Shown piece by piece: positions 54,091 through 63,326 of a stretch of 64,000 nucleotides of DNA. Every line of letters begins with the position of its first letter. Positions within the stretch are counted from its first letter, which is position 1. The translations under genes and the position numbers were made by a program. The DNA comes from an uncultured Gemmatimonadales bacterium (GTDB taxonomy: Bacteria; Gemmatimonadota; Gemmatimonadetes; Gemmatimonadales; GWC2-71-9), in assembly GCA_963728915.1 (NCBI GenBank), contig CAVSLV010000001.1, positions 1,024,001 to 1,088,000 of the forward strand, given 5' to 3'. The notes beneath the pieces were generated by a model that saw nothing but the letters and a program-made list of their open reading frames with translations, made no database searches and was not told the origin of the DNA.

Positions 54091-55073
54091 GCGAAACGAT
54101 GCCGTTCACCGAGCTCCCGGATCTCGCGGCGCAGCGTCTGGGAGGGGGGGTCGTCGCGGCAAACGACGAGTTCTTCGCCCCCAAGGAGAATCTCATCAAG
54201 CTGGAGCGACCGGTCTGGCGGGAAGGCGAATACACCGACCGCGGCAAATGGATGGACGGGTGGGAGACCCGGCGGCGCCGCACGCCAGGCCACGACTGGG
54301 CCATCCTCCGACTGGGATTTCCGGGCCTGGTGCGCGGAATCGTCGTGGATACCAGTTTCTTCACCGGGAACTACCCTGAACGGGCGAGCCTGGAAGGAGC
54401 GTTTCTCGCCGAAGACCCCAGAAATCCGGAGGACGCGGCGTGGCGATCTCTGCTGGCCCCGGCGCCTCTCACGGGGGATACCAGCAACCTGCTGTCGATC
54501 GAATCCCCGGGGAGCCCGGTGACTCATCTGTTGTTCAACATCTTTCCCGATGGCGGGGTCGCCCGGCTCCGGGTGCACGGCGAGGTCGTTCCCCGGGGCG
54601 ACGTCTTCGAAGGCAAGGAGGCGGTGGACCTGGCCGCCCTGGCTCATGGCGGGGTGGCCGTCGGGTGCAGCGACCGCCACTACGGCAATCCCCAGAACAT
54701 GCTGCAGCCGGGACGATCCACCCATATGGGTGATGGGTGGGAAACCCGGAGGCGCCGGGGCCCCGGTCACGACTGGGCCATCATTCGATTGGGCCGCCGT
54801 GGCGTGATCGAGCGCATCGAGCTGGACACGGATCATTTCAAAGGCAACGCTCCGGGGAGCTGTACGCTGGATGGGTGTGACGTCGGAGGCGGCTTCGATC
54901 CGGAATCCGCCCGGTGGGACGCTCTCCTGGGCCCATCCGAGCTCCAACCCGATCACCACCACACCTGGGAGGGCATCCCGGGGCGCCCGGTCACGCACGT
55001 TCGTCTCAATATCTATCCCGATGGTGGCGTGGCCCGGCTCCGCCTCCTCGGCCGGGCAATCCCGGTCCCGTGA
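54087..55073 (+). CDS. alc: Allantoicase
   Basis: Two repeats with DGWETRRRR and PDGGVARLR; F.GN motifs. Confidence 0.94.
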   Translation: MSETMPFTELPDLAAQRLGGGVVAANDEFFAPKENLIKLERPVWREGEYTDRGKWMDGWETRRRRTPGHDWAILRLGFPGLVRGIVVDTSFFTGNYPERASLEGAFLAEDPRNPEDAAWRSLLAPAPLTGDTSNLLSIESPGSPVTHLLFNIFPDGGVARLRVHGEVVPRGDVFEGKEAVDLAALAHGGVAVGCSDRHYGNPQNMLQPGRSTHMGDGWETRRRRGPGHDWAIIRLGRRGVIERIELDTDHFKGNAPGSCTLDGCDVGGGFDPESARWDALLGPSELQPDHHHTWEGIPGRPVTHVRLNIYPDGGVARLRLLGRAIPVP

Positions 55074-55561
55074 CCGTCGCCGAGCTGGACCGGCTGCCGC
55101 CCACGGAGGCCGCCCTGACCCTGCAATCCTGTTGCGGTGCGACCCGGTGGATCGAAGGCATGCTCGCCCGTCGCCCATTCGGCTCGCTTGACCGGGTTAG
55201 GACATCGGCGCGCTCGGCCTGGGAAGCCCTGGGCGAGGCGGATTGGCGGGAGGCCTTTGCTCACCATCCCAGAATCGGCGAAGTTCCTGCAGACCAACCC
55301 TGGCCGGCACAGGAGCAGAGCGGGGTCTCGACCGCCACGCGGGCCATCCAGGATGAGCTGGCCCGGATGAACCGGGCGTACGAGCAGCGCTTCGGATTCA
55401 TCTACCTGGTGTGCGCCTCCGGCCGGAGCGCCGAGGAACTGCTCGCGATCGTTCGTGACCGGATCGACAATGATGCCGACAGCGAGCTTCGGAATGCGGC
55501 GGCGGAACAGCTCAAGATCACGCTGCTCCGGGTGGACCGGCTACTGTCGGAGGGAGCCTGA
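55070..55561 (+). CDS. uraD: OHCU decarboxylase
   Basis: AFAHHPRIG, QEQSGV, NRAYEQRFGFIYLVCA, EQLKITLLR. Confidence 0.9.
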   Translation: MTVAELDRLPPTEAALTLQSCCGATRWIEGMLARRPFGSLDRVRTSARSAWEALGEADWREAFAHHPRIGEVPADQPWPAQEQSGVSTATRAIQDELARMNRAYEQRFGFIYLVCASGRSAEELLAIVRDRIDNDADSELRNAAAEQLKITLLRVDRLLSEGA

Positions 55562-55563
55562 CC

Positions 55564-55890
55564 ATGGCGACACTCAGCACCCATGTTCTCGATACCAGCC
55601 TCGGTCAGCCAGCCGGAGGAATCCGGGTGATGCTGGGGCGGGATGGCACAGCGTTGGGCCACGGAGTCACCGACAAGGATGGCCGGGTCCGTGATTTCGG
55701 CAGCGGGGGCAACTCACTCTCCCCCGGGTCCTATCGTCTGCTGTTTTCAGTGGAGGAGTACTTCAGTCGCCGGGGAATCGAGGCATTCTACTCCAGCATT
55801 GCGGTGCAGTTCAACCTGCGGTCCGACGGCCACTACCACGTTCCCCTCCTGCTCAGTCCGTTCGGCTACAGCACCTATCGAGGAAGCTGA
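55564..55890 (+). CDS. uraH: 5-hydroxyisourate hydrolase
   Basis: LSTHVLDT..GQPA, HYHVPLLLSPFGYSTYRGS C-terminus. Confidence 0.95.
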   Translation: MATLSTHVLDTSLGQPAGGIRVMLGRDGTALGHGVTDKDGRVRDFGSGGNSLSPGSYRLLFSVEEYFSRRGIEAFYSSIAVQFNLRSDGHYHVPLLLSPFGYSTYRGS

Positions 55891-57080
55891 GCCCCGGCCG
55901 CCACCCATCGCCCCAAAAGCCCGCGCTCGGGATCGGTGATGCCGGTCTTGTTGCCAGGCGGCATGGTCCGGGTAATCACGGCCCGCTCGCGGATCCGGGC
56001 CGCGTAGGCCACGATCTGCGCCGGAGTGTCGTACTGCACCCCGCCGGGAGCCGGTCCGAACGTGAGATCGGTGGGCCGGGCGGAGTGGCAGGGAGCGCAG
56101 CGGCGGTCGATGACGTGGCGAACCTCGGCAAAGTCCACCGGACCAGCGGGGACGACGCCAGGCAATGCCGGGCCCGCGTCGGAGGCGCCGGTCCAGCGGG
56201 TGAGGATGAAGAGCAGGAGTCCCATCGCGGCAAGGTCGCCCGCGAGCGCAAGCTTCCAACCGGCGAACCGGAACCGGATGTTGAGCAGGTGGCGCGCGGT
56301 CACACCCCCGAGGAGAAGCGCAGCCAGCAGAGGTCCCTTGAAGGGGCTGCCGTAGACCGACGGGAAATGCCCGCTCACCATCAGCACCAGCACCGGGAAC
56401 GTCAGGTAGTTGTTGTGGGTGGAGACTCGCTTGGCGCGCTGCGACACCGCCGGGTCTCCGCCCCTCCCTTCCGCCACCGAGGCGACCAGTTGCCGTTGTG
56501 AGGGGACGATGGTGAAGAACACATTCCCGGCCATGATGGTGCCGAGCATGGCCCCGACGTGGAGGAAGGCGGCGCGACCACTCAGGTACTGGAGCCAGAT
56601 CACGGCAATGGCGGAGAGTCCAGCTATCCAGCCAACCGCGGCCACGGCCGGCATCCGGAGCGCGAGCCGCTGCATGGCTTCGTAGATCAGCCAGCCAGTC
56701 ACGATGCCTCCAGCCGCAATCCCGACTGCCATCGGCGGGTTCCCGGTATCGGTCAGCAGGGCCCGCCCGCCCCAGTAGTACACCACCACGAGCAGGGCCG
56801 CTCCGGTCCACCAGGTCGTGTAGGCCTGCCATTTGAACCAATGGAGCAACCGGGGGAGGGGCGCCCCCCGCAGCAGGGTCTTCTCGACGTAGTAGAACCC
56901 GCCGCTATGGAGCAACCAGATGGTCCCGGCCGGATCCGGGGTGCGGCTTGCACCCTCCGGAGTCTCGAGGCGGCGATCGAGCCAGTTGAACAGCAGCGAA
57001 TTGCCGATCCACATGATCCCGGCGATCAGGTGAATCCACCGGACCAGCAGATCCAGGAGCTCGAACGGCACCCCGTTCAC
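55875..57080 (-). CDS. puuD: Membrane urate oxidase PuuD with C-terminal cytochrome c
   Basis: RWIHLIAGIMWIGNS, HSGGFY, LHWFKWQAY.TW, IVPSQR, S.HNNYLTFPV; heme motif CAPCH; MPPGNKT; GTG at 57080. Confidence 0.88.
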   Translation of the reverse strand: MNGVPFELLDLLVRWIHLIAGIMWIGNSLLFNWLDRRLETPEGASRTPDPAGTIWLLHSGGFYYVEKTLLRGAPLPRLLHWFKWQAYTTWWTGAALLVVVYYWGGRALLTDTGNPPMAVGIAAGGIVTGWLIYEAMQRLALRMPAVAAVGWIAGLSAIAVIWLQYLSGRAAFLHVGAMLGTIMAGNVFFTIVPSQRQLVASVAEGRGGDPAVSQRAKRVSTHNNYLTFPVLVLMVSGHFPSVYGSPFKGPLLAALLLGGVTARHLLNIRFRFAGWKLALAGDLAAMGLLLFILTRWTGASDAGPALPGVVPAGPVDFAEVRHVIDRRCAPCHSARPTDLTFGPAPGGVQYDTPAQIVAYAARIRERAVITRTMPPGNKTGITDPERGLLGRWVAAGAQLPR

Positions 57081-58417
57081 GCCCGGGCCCGCATGATTTT
57101 CACGAAGGAGCGACCCCGAAGCTCTTCGGTGGTCAGGCCGGTCATTTCCAGGGCCTCGGCTTCGGTGATGGCCCCGGAATTGAGTCCACGCAGGAAAAAA
57201 TTCAGCAGGCCCTGCCCGGTGGCCGCGTCGTCGAACACCTCCCCCACCAGGGTCGCCTGGGCCGCCTTGCCCACGAAATTGCGAAGTCGCGTGCCGGCGG
57301 CGTCGATGCCGTCGAGGAAGAAGCCGAACAGGGCTGCATAGCGCGAGACCAGTTGAGCGGGGTGAAGGTCCCACCCCTGATAGAATCCTCCGGCGAGGGA
57401 GTGACGAACGTCGTCGTAATGGAGGCGCCACGCGGCGTGTACCACTCCGGTGTTGGCCGCCCGCGCTTCGTCGGCCAGGCTGGTGCCGCCCTCTTCCCCC
57501 TGGATCGGCACCGGCAGCGTATTGGTCGAACCGTCGGACAGCCACACCGGGGTCCCCGCGAACGCCACCTGCATCATCCGTTTGGCAAATTCGCAGGCCG
57601 GGTGCCGCATCCGCTGATGCGCGGCGGTGATGTTGAGCCCCGCGGTCAAATCGTAGGTGCCGAAGTGGGCGCCGCGCAGGCGGCCTTCGGAGGCTTCGAG
57701 CAGCAGGGGCAGGAGCGACCGCCCCGCCCCGTCGAGGATGATCTGGGGCGTCTCGACCATCGCTTCGAACCGGAGCGCCCCAGCCGCGAGACCCAGCGTT
57801 CGCTCCAGCCGGCCCAGGACCCGTACTGCGAAGGTGACCTGCTCGAGGATGGTGATCTTGGGGATGGTGATGATCCAGTTCTCGGGCAGTGATCCGTTCT
57901 GGACGAGCCTCGTGTGCAACAGGTCGAGGGTTCGGAGACTGCGCGCCCGCATCTCCTCGTTCAGCGGCTTGATGCGGATCCCGATGAAGGGCGGGAGATG
58001 GTTCGCTTTCCCGGCGGCGATCAGGGCCTCCGCCGCGGCGATCGCGTGGCCATCCTCCTCGGCCCCGGGCCGATTGCCATAGCCGTCCTCGAAGTCGATC
58101 CGGAAATCCTCGACCGGCTCCCTTTCGAGCTTGTCGCGAACCCGCTGGTAGATCCGGTCCAGGGCGGGGTGCTCCTGCAATCCTAACGCGCGCCCCAGCG
58201 CGGGGGGATCCGGGGCATATCGCTCCAGCGAAGCGCGGGCCACCCGGCCGAGCTTCGGGATCGCATCAGGGGAAAAGAGCTGGGCTCCGCCGTACACCGT
58301 GTGGACCGGCTGCCGTCCGGAGGTTTCTCCCGCGTGGGCACGGGCAAATGCCCGGTTGGCCTCGAGCAGCGCTGCGCTGGCGTCCTTCAGGAAGCTCTGG
58401 TCCAGGCTGGTCTTCAT
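57077..58417 (-). CDS. Uncharacterised CitE/HpcH aldolase-lyase-superfamily enzyme (DUF6986-like)
   Basis: RQPVHTVYGG, DFRIDFEDGYG, IPKI, MVETPQ, HFGTYD, LSDGSTN, QGWDLHPAQL. Confidence 0.72.
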   Translation of the reverse strand: MKTSLDQSFLKDASAALLEANRAFARAHAGETSGRQPVHTVYGGAQLFSPDAIPKLGRVARASLERYAPDPPALGRALGLQEHPALDRIYQRVRDKLEREPVEDFRIDFEDGYGNRPGAEEDGHAIAAAEALIAAGKANHLPPFIGIRIKPLNEEMRARSLRTLDLLHTRLVQNGSLPENWIITIPKITILEQVTFAVRVLGRLERTLGLAAGALRFEAMVETPQIILDGAGRSLLPLLLEASEGRLRGAHFGTYDLTAGLNITAAHQRMRHPACEFAKRMMQVAFAGTPVWLSDGSTNTLPVPIQGEEGGTSLADEARAANTGVVHAAWRLHYDDVRHSLAGGFYQGWDLHPAQLVSRYAALFGFFLDGIDAAGTRLRNFVGKAAQATLVGEVFDDAATGQGLLNFFLRGLNSGAITEAEALEMTGLTTEELRGRSFVKIMRARA

Positions 58418-58992
58418 CCGTTGTAGATGGGCCCGCCCTGGGCCCGGTAGGCTTCCAGGACTTCGCGGGCCTCGGCTCGGAGGACGTTCCGCACGATGGT
58501 CACCCCGCGGTCTTCGAGGTAGCGATAGGACTCCGGGAACACCGGCCCCTCCTCGAAGCGGAGACGGCTGGCATCCTCGCGGGCCGCGCCATAGACCACC
58601 CGGCGCACCCCGCTCCACAGGGTTGCGCCCAGGCACATGGCGCAGGGCTCGCAGGAGGTCACCAGCTCGTGAACCGGGAGATCCGGGGCGTGGAGCGTGA
58701 ATGATCCCAGTCGCTGCTGGGCCATCATGAACGCGACCATTTCGGCGTGCAGGGTGCAATTGGTCAATCGCACGACGCTGTTGACGCCGACCGAGACCAG
58801 CCGGCCGGTGCCGGCCTGGAAGATCGCCGCTCCAAATGGGCCCCCGGTTCCCCGCTCCACGTTGCGGCGCGACAGGGCAATGGCAAGCTGCATCCGCCCG
58901 GTGTCATCCGGATACACCCGGTCCCAATCCACTACCTCCGGAAGCCATTCCGGGTAGCCCACGCTTACCCGCACCTCACTTGGACCCGCCAC
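58414..58992 (-). CDS. Cytidine-deaminase-fold nucleoside/base deaminase, probably guanine deaminase
   Basis: GGPFGAAI, HAE and CEPCAMC zinc motifs; substrate inferred from context. Confidence 0.78.
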   Translation of the reverse strand: MAGPSEVRVSVGYPEWLPEVVDWDRVYPDDTGRMQLAIALSRRNVERGTGGPFGAAIFQAGTGRLVSVGVNSVVRLTNCTLHAEMVAFMMAQQRLGSFTLHAPDLPVHELVTSCEPCAMCLGATLWSGVRRVVYGAAREDASRLRFEEGPVFPESYRYLEDRGVTIVRNVLRAEAREVLEAYRAQGGPIYNG

Positions 58993-59007
58993 GGGATCGC
59001 TCGTTGT

Positions 59008-60561
59008 TCAGAGTGGAATGTTGCCGTGCTTCTTCTTGGGATTCGCGTCCCGCTTGGTTCGGAGCATGCCCAGGGCCTGGATCAGCCGCGGCCGGGTGTC
59101 CCGCGGGTCGATCACATCATCGAGGAAGCCTCGCGCCGCGGCCCGATAGGGATTGGCGAACGTGCCGGTATACTCGTCGGCCCGGCGCTTCGCCTCGGCC
59201 TCCGGATCCGGCGCCGCGGCGATTTCCTCCTTGAAGAGGATCTCCACGGCGCCCTTGGGCCCCATGACCGCGATTTCGGCGGTGGGCCAGGCGAGATTGA
59301 CGTCGCCCCGGATGTGCTTGGAGCTCATCACGTCGTACGCCCCGCCATAGGCCTTCCTGGTGATCACGGTCAGCTTGGGCACGGTCGCCTCGCAGTAGGC
59401 GAACAACAGCTTGGCGCCCTGCCGGATGATCCCGCCGTGCTCCTGGCCAACTCCGGGAAGGAATCCGGGCACGTCAACGAAGGTCACGATTGGAATATTG
59501 AAGGCATCGCAGAACCGGATGAACCGGGCCGCCTTGACCGAGGCGTTGATGTCGAGCACCCCGGCCAGGACCGCGGGCTGGTTGGCGACGACGCCGACGC
59601 TCCGGCCCCCGAGACGGGCGAACCCGGTGAGCATGTTCCTGGCATAACCCGCGTGGATTTCGAAGAACCGGCCCTGGTCCATGACCCCGCGGATCACGCC
59701 GTGCATGTCGTAGGGCGAGGCGGGAGCGTCGGGGACCACCCCCAGCAGCGCCTCATCGCGACGGTCCTCGGGGTCGAGGCTGTCCTGCACCGGGGCGTCG
59801 TCGAGGTTGTTGGCGGGCAGATAGCCGATCAGCTCGCGAATGGCCTCGAGACAGTCCGCTTCGCTCGGAAACACGGCGTGGGCCACGCCCGACGTTTCGC
59901 CATGGACGTCGGCGCCCCCCAGGGTCTCGAACGAAACCTCCTCGTGGGTCACCGTCTTCACCACGTTGGGGCCGGTCACGAACATGTAGCTCACCCCCCG
60001 CACCATGAACACGAAATCGGTGATCGCGGGGCTGTATACCGCCCCGCCGGCACAGGGTCCCAGGATGGCGGAGATCTGGGGCACCACTCCGGAGGCCAGG
60101 GTATTGCGGAGGAAGATGTCGGCATATCCCCCCAGCGACGCCACGCCCTCCTGGATCCGGGCCCCCCCGGAGTCGTTGAGTCCGATGACCGGGGCGCCCT
60201 GACGGAGCGCCAGATCCATGATCTTGCAGATCTTCTGGGCGTGGGTTTCCGAGAGCGAGCCCCCGAAGACGGTGAAGTCCTGAGAGAACACGAAGACCAG
60301 GCGCCCGGTGATGGTGCCGTGGCCGGTGACCACGCCATCCCCGGGGTACTGCTGCTCGGCGAGCCCGAATTCGGTGGACCGGTGGATAACGAAGCGGTCC
60401 AGCTCGACGAAGCTGCCCGGATCGAGCAGAAGGTCGAGCCGTTCCCGCGCGGTGAGCTTGCCCTTGTCGTGCTGCTGGGCGATCCGCTTTTCCCCTCCGC
60501 CCTGGAGGGCTTCGGCCTGGCGTCGTTCCAGGTCGGCGAGGCGTTCTCGAGGATTCTGCAT
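59008..60561 (-). CDS. pccB: Acyl-CoA (propionyl-CoA) carboxylase carboxyltransferase beta subunit
   Basis: [63 protein letters not shown]. Confidence 0.9.
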   Translation of the reverse strand: MQNPRERLADLERRQAEALQGGGEKRIAQQHDKGKLTARERLDLLLDPGSFVELDRFVIHRSTEFGLAEQQYPGDGVVTGHGTITGRLVFVFSQDFTVFGGSLSETHAQKICKIMDLALRQGAPVIGLNDSGGARIQEGVASLGGYADIFLRNTLASGVVPQISAILGPCAGGAVYSPAITDFVFMVRGVSYMFVTGPNVVKTVTHEEVSFETLGGADVHGETSGVAHAVFPSEADCLEAIRELIGYLPANNLDDAPVQDSLDPEDRRDEALLGVVPDAPASPYDMHGVIRGVMDQGRFFEIHAGYARNMLTGFARLGGRSVGVVANQPAVLAGVLDINASVKAARFIRFCDAFNIPIVTFVDVPGFLPGVGQEHGGIIRQGAKLLFAYCEATVPKLTVITRKAYGGAYDVMSSKHIRGDVNLAWPTAEIAVMGPKGAVEILFKEEIAAAPDPEAEAKRRADEYTGTFANPYRAAARGFLDDVIDPRDTRPRLIQALGMLRTKRDANPKKKHGNIPL

Positions 60562-60755
60562 CGGACAAATATAGGCCGCGCGTCCGGAATCGAATTCGCG
60601 ATACATTTCCGCCTTCCCGTCCGCCGCGGTCAGTCCCGGGCGGCTGAGCCATTCATGGGGACCCCGGGGCGAGGACTCGATCACCATCTCGGAAGCGGTG
60701 ACGAATCGATGCCTGGGCGAGAATATGGGTGAGGCTGGTGAGGCATGACTCGATC

Positions 60756-60787
60756 AAGAAAACGGGGCCTGCGCCAGGCAGGCCCCG
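60756..60787 (-). terminator. Intrinsic terminator after rpsA
   Basis: CGGGGCCTGC-CTGGC-GCAGGCCCCG followed by TTTTCTT on the minus strand. Confidence 0.85.
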
Positions 60788-60812
60788 CTGACTTCACCGC
60801 CACCCGCGACCG

Positions 60813-62522
60813 TCAGATGTCTTCGTCGTCCGGCGGAATCACCAGCTTGGGAGGCGCTTCGAACGGCTCGTCGGGGAACCCGGTAATCCCCACGACGATG
60901 CGATGGTGAATCGGATCGACCTCCAGCACCTCGACTTCGAGGGGCTGCCCCTCCTTCACGACCTCGCCGGGATCCTGGACCTCACGGTCGACCCCCAGGT
61001 GCGACATCGGCACGAATCCCTCGAGATCGTTGCCGAGATCCACGACCACGCCCTTGTCCATGAGGCGAACGACCCGGGCCCGCATCTTGGTGCCGACCGG
61101 GAAGCTCTCCCCGATCTTGAGCCAGGGATCCTCCTCGGCCTGCTTGAGCCCGAGGGAAATTCGCTTGTTCTCCCCGTCGATGTTGAGGACCACGACGTCC
61201 ACCGCATCACCCTTCTTCACCACTTCGGACGGATGCTGAACCCGCTTGGTCCAGGACATGTCCGAAATGTGGATCAGGCCGTCGATCCCCGGCTTGAGCT
61301 CCACGAACGCGCCGAAGCTCGTCAGATTCCGCACCTTCCCATGGATCCGGCTCCCGATGGGAAACCGTTCGGGCAGCGTCATCCAGGGATCCTGCTCGGT
61401 CTGCTTCATCCCGAGGGAGATTTTCTCCTCGGTCTCGTCGACCTTGAGCACCACCGCTTCGATGGTCTCGCCGATCGAAACGATCTTGGAGGGATGCCGC
61501 ACATTCCGGGTCCAGCTCATTTCGGAGATGTGCACCAGGCCCTCGATGCCCGGCTCGAGCTCCACGAAGGCGCCGTAATTGGTGATGGAAACCACCTTGC
61601 CCTGGACCCGGGTCCCGACCGGATACTTGGCCGCGACGTCCTTCCAGGGGTAGCTCTGGAGCTGCTTCATGCCAAGCGAGATGCGTTCCCGCTGCCAGTC
61701 GATGTCGAGCACCTTGACCTCGACCTCCTGGCCGATCTGAAGCACTTCGGTCGGGTGGGAGACCCGGCCGTACGACATGTCGGTGATATGGAGCAGGCCG
61801 TCGACGCCACCCAGATCGATGAACGCACCGAAGTCGGTGATGTTCTTCACGATGCCCTTGCGGACCTGGCCGACCTCGAGCTCCTTCATCAGGGTCTCGC
61901 GCTTGCTGGCCCGCTCGGTCTCGAGAATGACCCGGCGACTGACCACGATGTTCCGGCGCCGTTTGTTGAGCTTGATGATCTTGAACTCGTAGCTCTGTCC
62001 CAGCAGCTCGTCGATGTTGGGCACCCGCCGGAGCGCGATCTGGCTCCCCGGCAGGAAGGCGTCCACGCCCATCACGTTCACGACCACGCCGCCCTTGATC
62101 TTCTTCATCAGGGTGCCTTCGACCGGCTGGTCGCTCTCATAGGCGATGCGGATCTTCTCCCAGACCCGCATGAAGTCGGCCTTCTTCTTGGAAAGCACGA
62201 CCGCGCCTTCCTGATCTTCCAGATGCTCGAGGAAGACTTCGATCTCTTCGCCTTCGGCCGGCCGTTCCTTGAATTCGTCGAGCGGGACCGAGCCTTCCGA
62301 CTTGAATCCGACGTCGAGAATGACGGCGTTGTCGGTGACCCGGAGGACTTTCGACTTGACGATCTCGCCTTCGACGATCGAGGCCATGGTGCCCTCGTAC
62401 ATCGAGAGCATGCGCTCGTAATCCTCCGGCGAGTATTGCTCGTCGATCAGGTCTTCGCGAACTCGCAATCCGGTGGGGGTGGAGAATTCGGTGGGGGTGG
62501 TGGAAATCTTGGTATCGCTCAT
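60813..62522 (-). CDS. rpsA: 30S ribosomal protein S1
   Basis: Tandem S1 domains (FGAFIDLGGVDGLLHITD, YGAFVELEPGIEGLVHISE, ISLGMKQ); follows cmk. Confidence 0.96.
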   Translation of the reverse strand: MSDTKISTTPTEFSTPTGLRVREDLIDEQYSPEDYERMLSMYEGTMASIVEGEIVKSKVLRVTDNAVILDVGFKSEGSVPLDEFKERPAEGEEIEVFLEHLEDQEGAVVLSKKKADFMRVWEKIRIAYESDQPVEGTLMKKIKGGVVVNVMGVDAFLPGSQIALRRVPNIDELLGQSYEFKIIKLNKRRRNIVVSRRVILETERASKRETLMKELEVGQVRKGIVKNITDFGAFIDLGGVDGLLHITDMSYGRVSHPTEVLQIGQEVEVKVLDIDWQRERISLGMKQLQSYPWKDVAAKYPVGTRVQGKVVSITNYGAFVELEPGIEGLVHISEMSWTRNVRHPSKIVSIGETIEAVVLKVDETEEKISLGMKQTEQDPWMTLPERFPIGSRIHGKVRNLTSFGAFVELKPGIDGLIHISDMSWTKRVQHPSEVVKKGDAVDVVVLNIDGENKRISLGLKQAEEDPWLKIGESFPVGTKMRARVVRLMDKGVVVDLGNDLEGFVPMSHLGVDREVQDPGEVVKEGQPLEVEVLEVDPIHHRIVVGITGFPDEPFEAPPKLVIPPDDEDI

Positions 62523-62607
62523 GACGGTTCGGTCTCGCAGGCCGGCCATACCCGCCGGGTTGAAGGTGGATCCCCCGGCGCCCGTTCGGCCGAGGGGGAA
62601 ACCGGAA

Positions 62608-62636
62608 AAGTTAGCAGCCGTTCACCCCGGCGACAA
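62608..62636 (-). promoter_or_regulatory. rpsA promoter overlapping the end of cmk
   Basis: TTGTCG-17 nt-TAACTT with TG extension. Confidence 0.6.
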
Positions 62637-63326
62637 GCGCGACCTCACCAGGTCGACGATGGTCTGAACCTGTTCCTCGAACCCCAGCAGGGTCGTGTCG
62701 AGCAGCACGGCATCGGCCGGTTGCCGGAGCGGCGCCACGGCCCGGGCCCGGTCCTGGCGGTCCCGTTCGGCCAGCTCGTCGGCCATCCGGGCAACCAGCG
62801 CGGGAGAAGGGGTGGTACCACTCTGGCGGAGCCTCCGCTCGGCCCGGGCCTCGGGGGTCGCGGTGAGGAACACCTTGACCGGCGCGTCCGGGAAGACGAT
62901 GGAACCGATATCACGTCCATCCAGCACGACCAGGCGGCGCTGGTGCGCCCAGGTGTCCGAACCGGCCTCGGCGACCGCCGCCCGGAGCCGCTGGTTGACC
63001 CAGGCCCGGATTTCGGGGAGGGCGCTGACCGCGGAGACCCGGGCGTCGACCGCCCCGGTCCGGAGCAGCGGCTCCGCGGGCGTGCCATCGAGAACCGGGA
63101 CGATGCCCCCATCCTTCCGTACGAGGCCTAACCCGCGCTCCTCGGCCCGCCGGAGCAACCCGGCGGTATCGTCCACCGGAGTTTCCAGGGCCACCGCGGT
63201 CAGGGCCCGGTAGAGCGAGCCGGAATCCAGGTGCACCGCCCCCAGCGCCTGCGCCACCGCCTGCGCGGTGGAGGACTTGCCCGACGCCGCGGGCCCGTCG
63301 ATCGCGATGACCGGGATGCGGCTCAC
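62622..63326 (-). CDS. cmk: Cytidylate kinase
   Basis: IAIDGPAASGKSS, LDSGSLYRA, DGRDIG, ERDRQD. Confidence 0.95.
   Translation of the reverse strand: MSRIPVIAIDGPAASGKSSTAQAVAQALGAVHLDSGSLYRALTAVALETPVDDTAGLLRRAEERGLGLVRKDGGIVPVLDGTPAEPLLRTGAVDARVSAVSALPEIRAWVNQRLRAAVAEAGSDTWAHQRRLVVLDGRDIGSIVFPDAPVKVFLTATPEARAERRLRQSGTTPSPALVARMADELAERDRQDRARAVAPLRQPADAVLLDTTLLGFEEQVQTIVDLVRSRLSPG

Noticed and set aside
54240..54790. Repeated GGGTGGGA(G/A)ACCCGG...CACGACTGGGCCATC sequence
   Set aside because: Internal duplication of the two allantoicase domains, not a mobile repeat or CRISPR.
60681..60746. 21-aa minus-strand ORF ([21 protein letters not shown]) upstream of pccB
   Set aside because: No RBS or promoter evident; it lies just after the rpsA terminator, and pccB has its own -10 box next to its ATG.
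60903..63131. 742-aa plus-strand ORF with apparent internal repeats
   Set aside because: Shadow of rpsA/cmk; the repeats mirror the S1 domains on the other strand.
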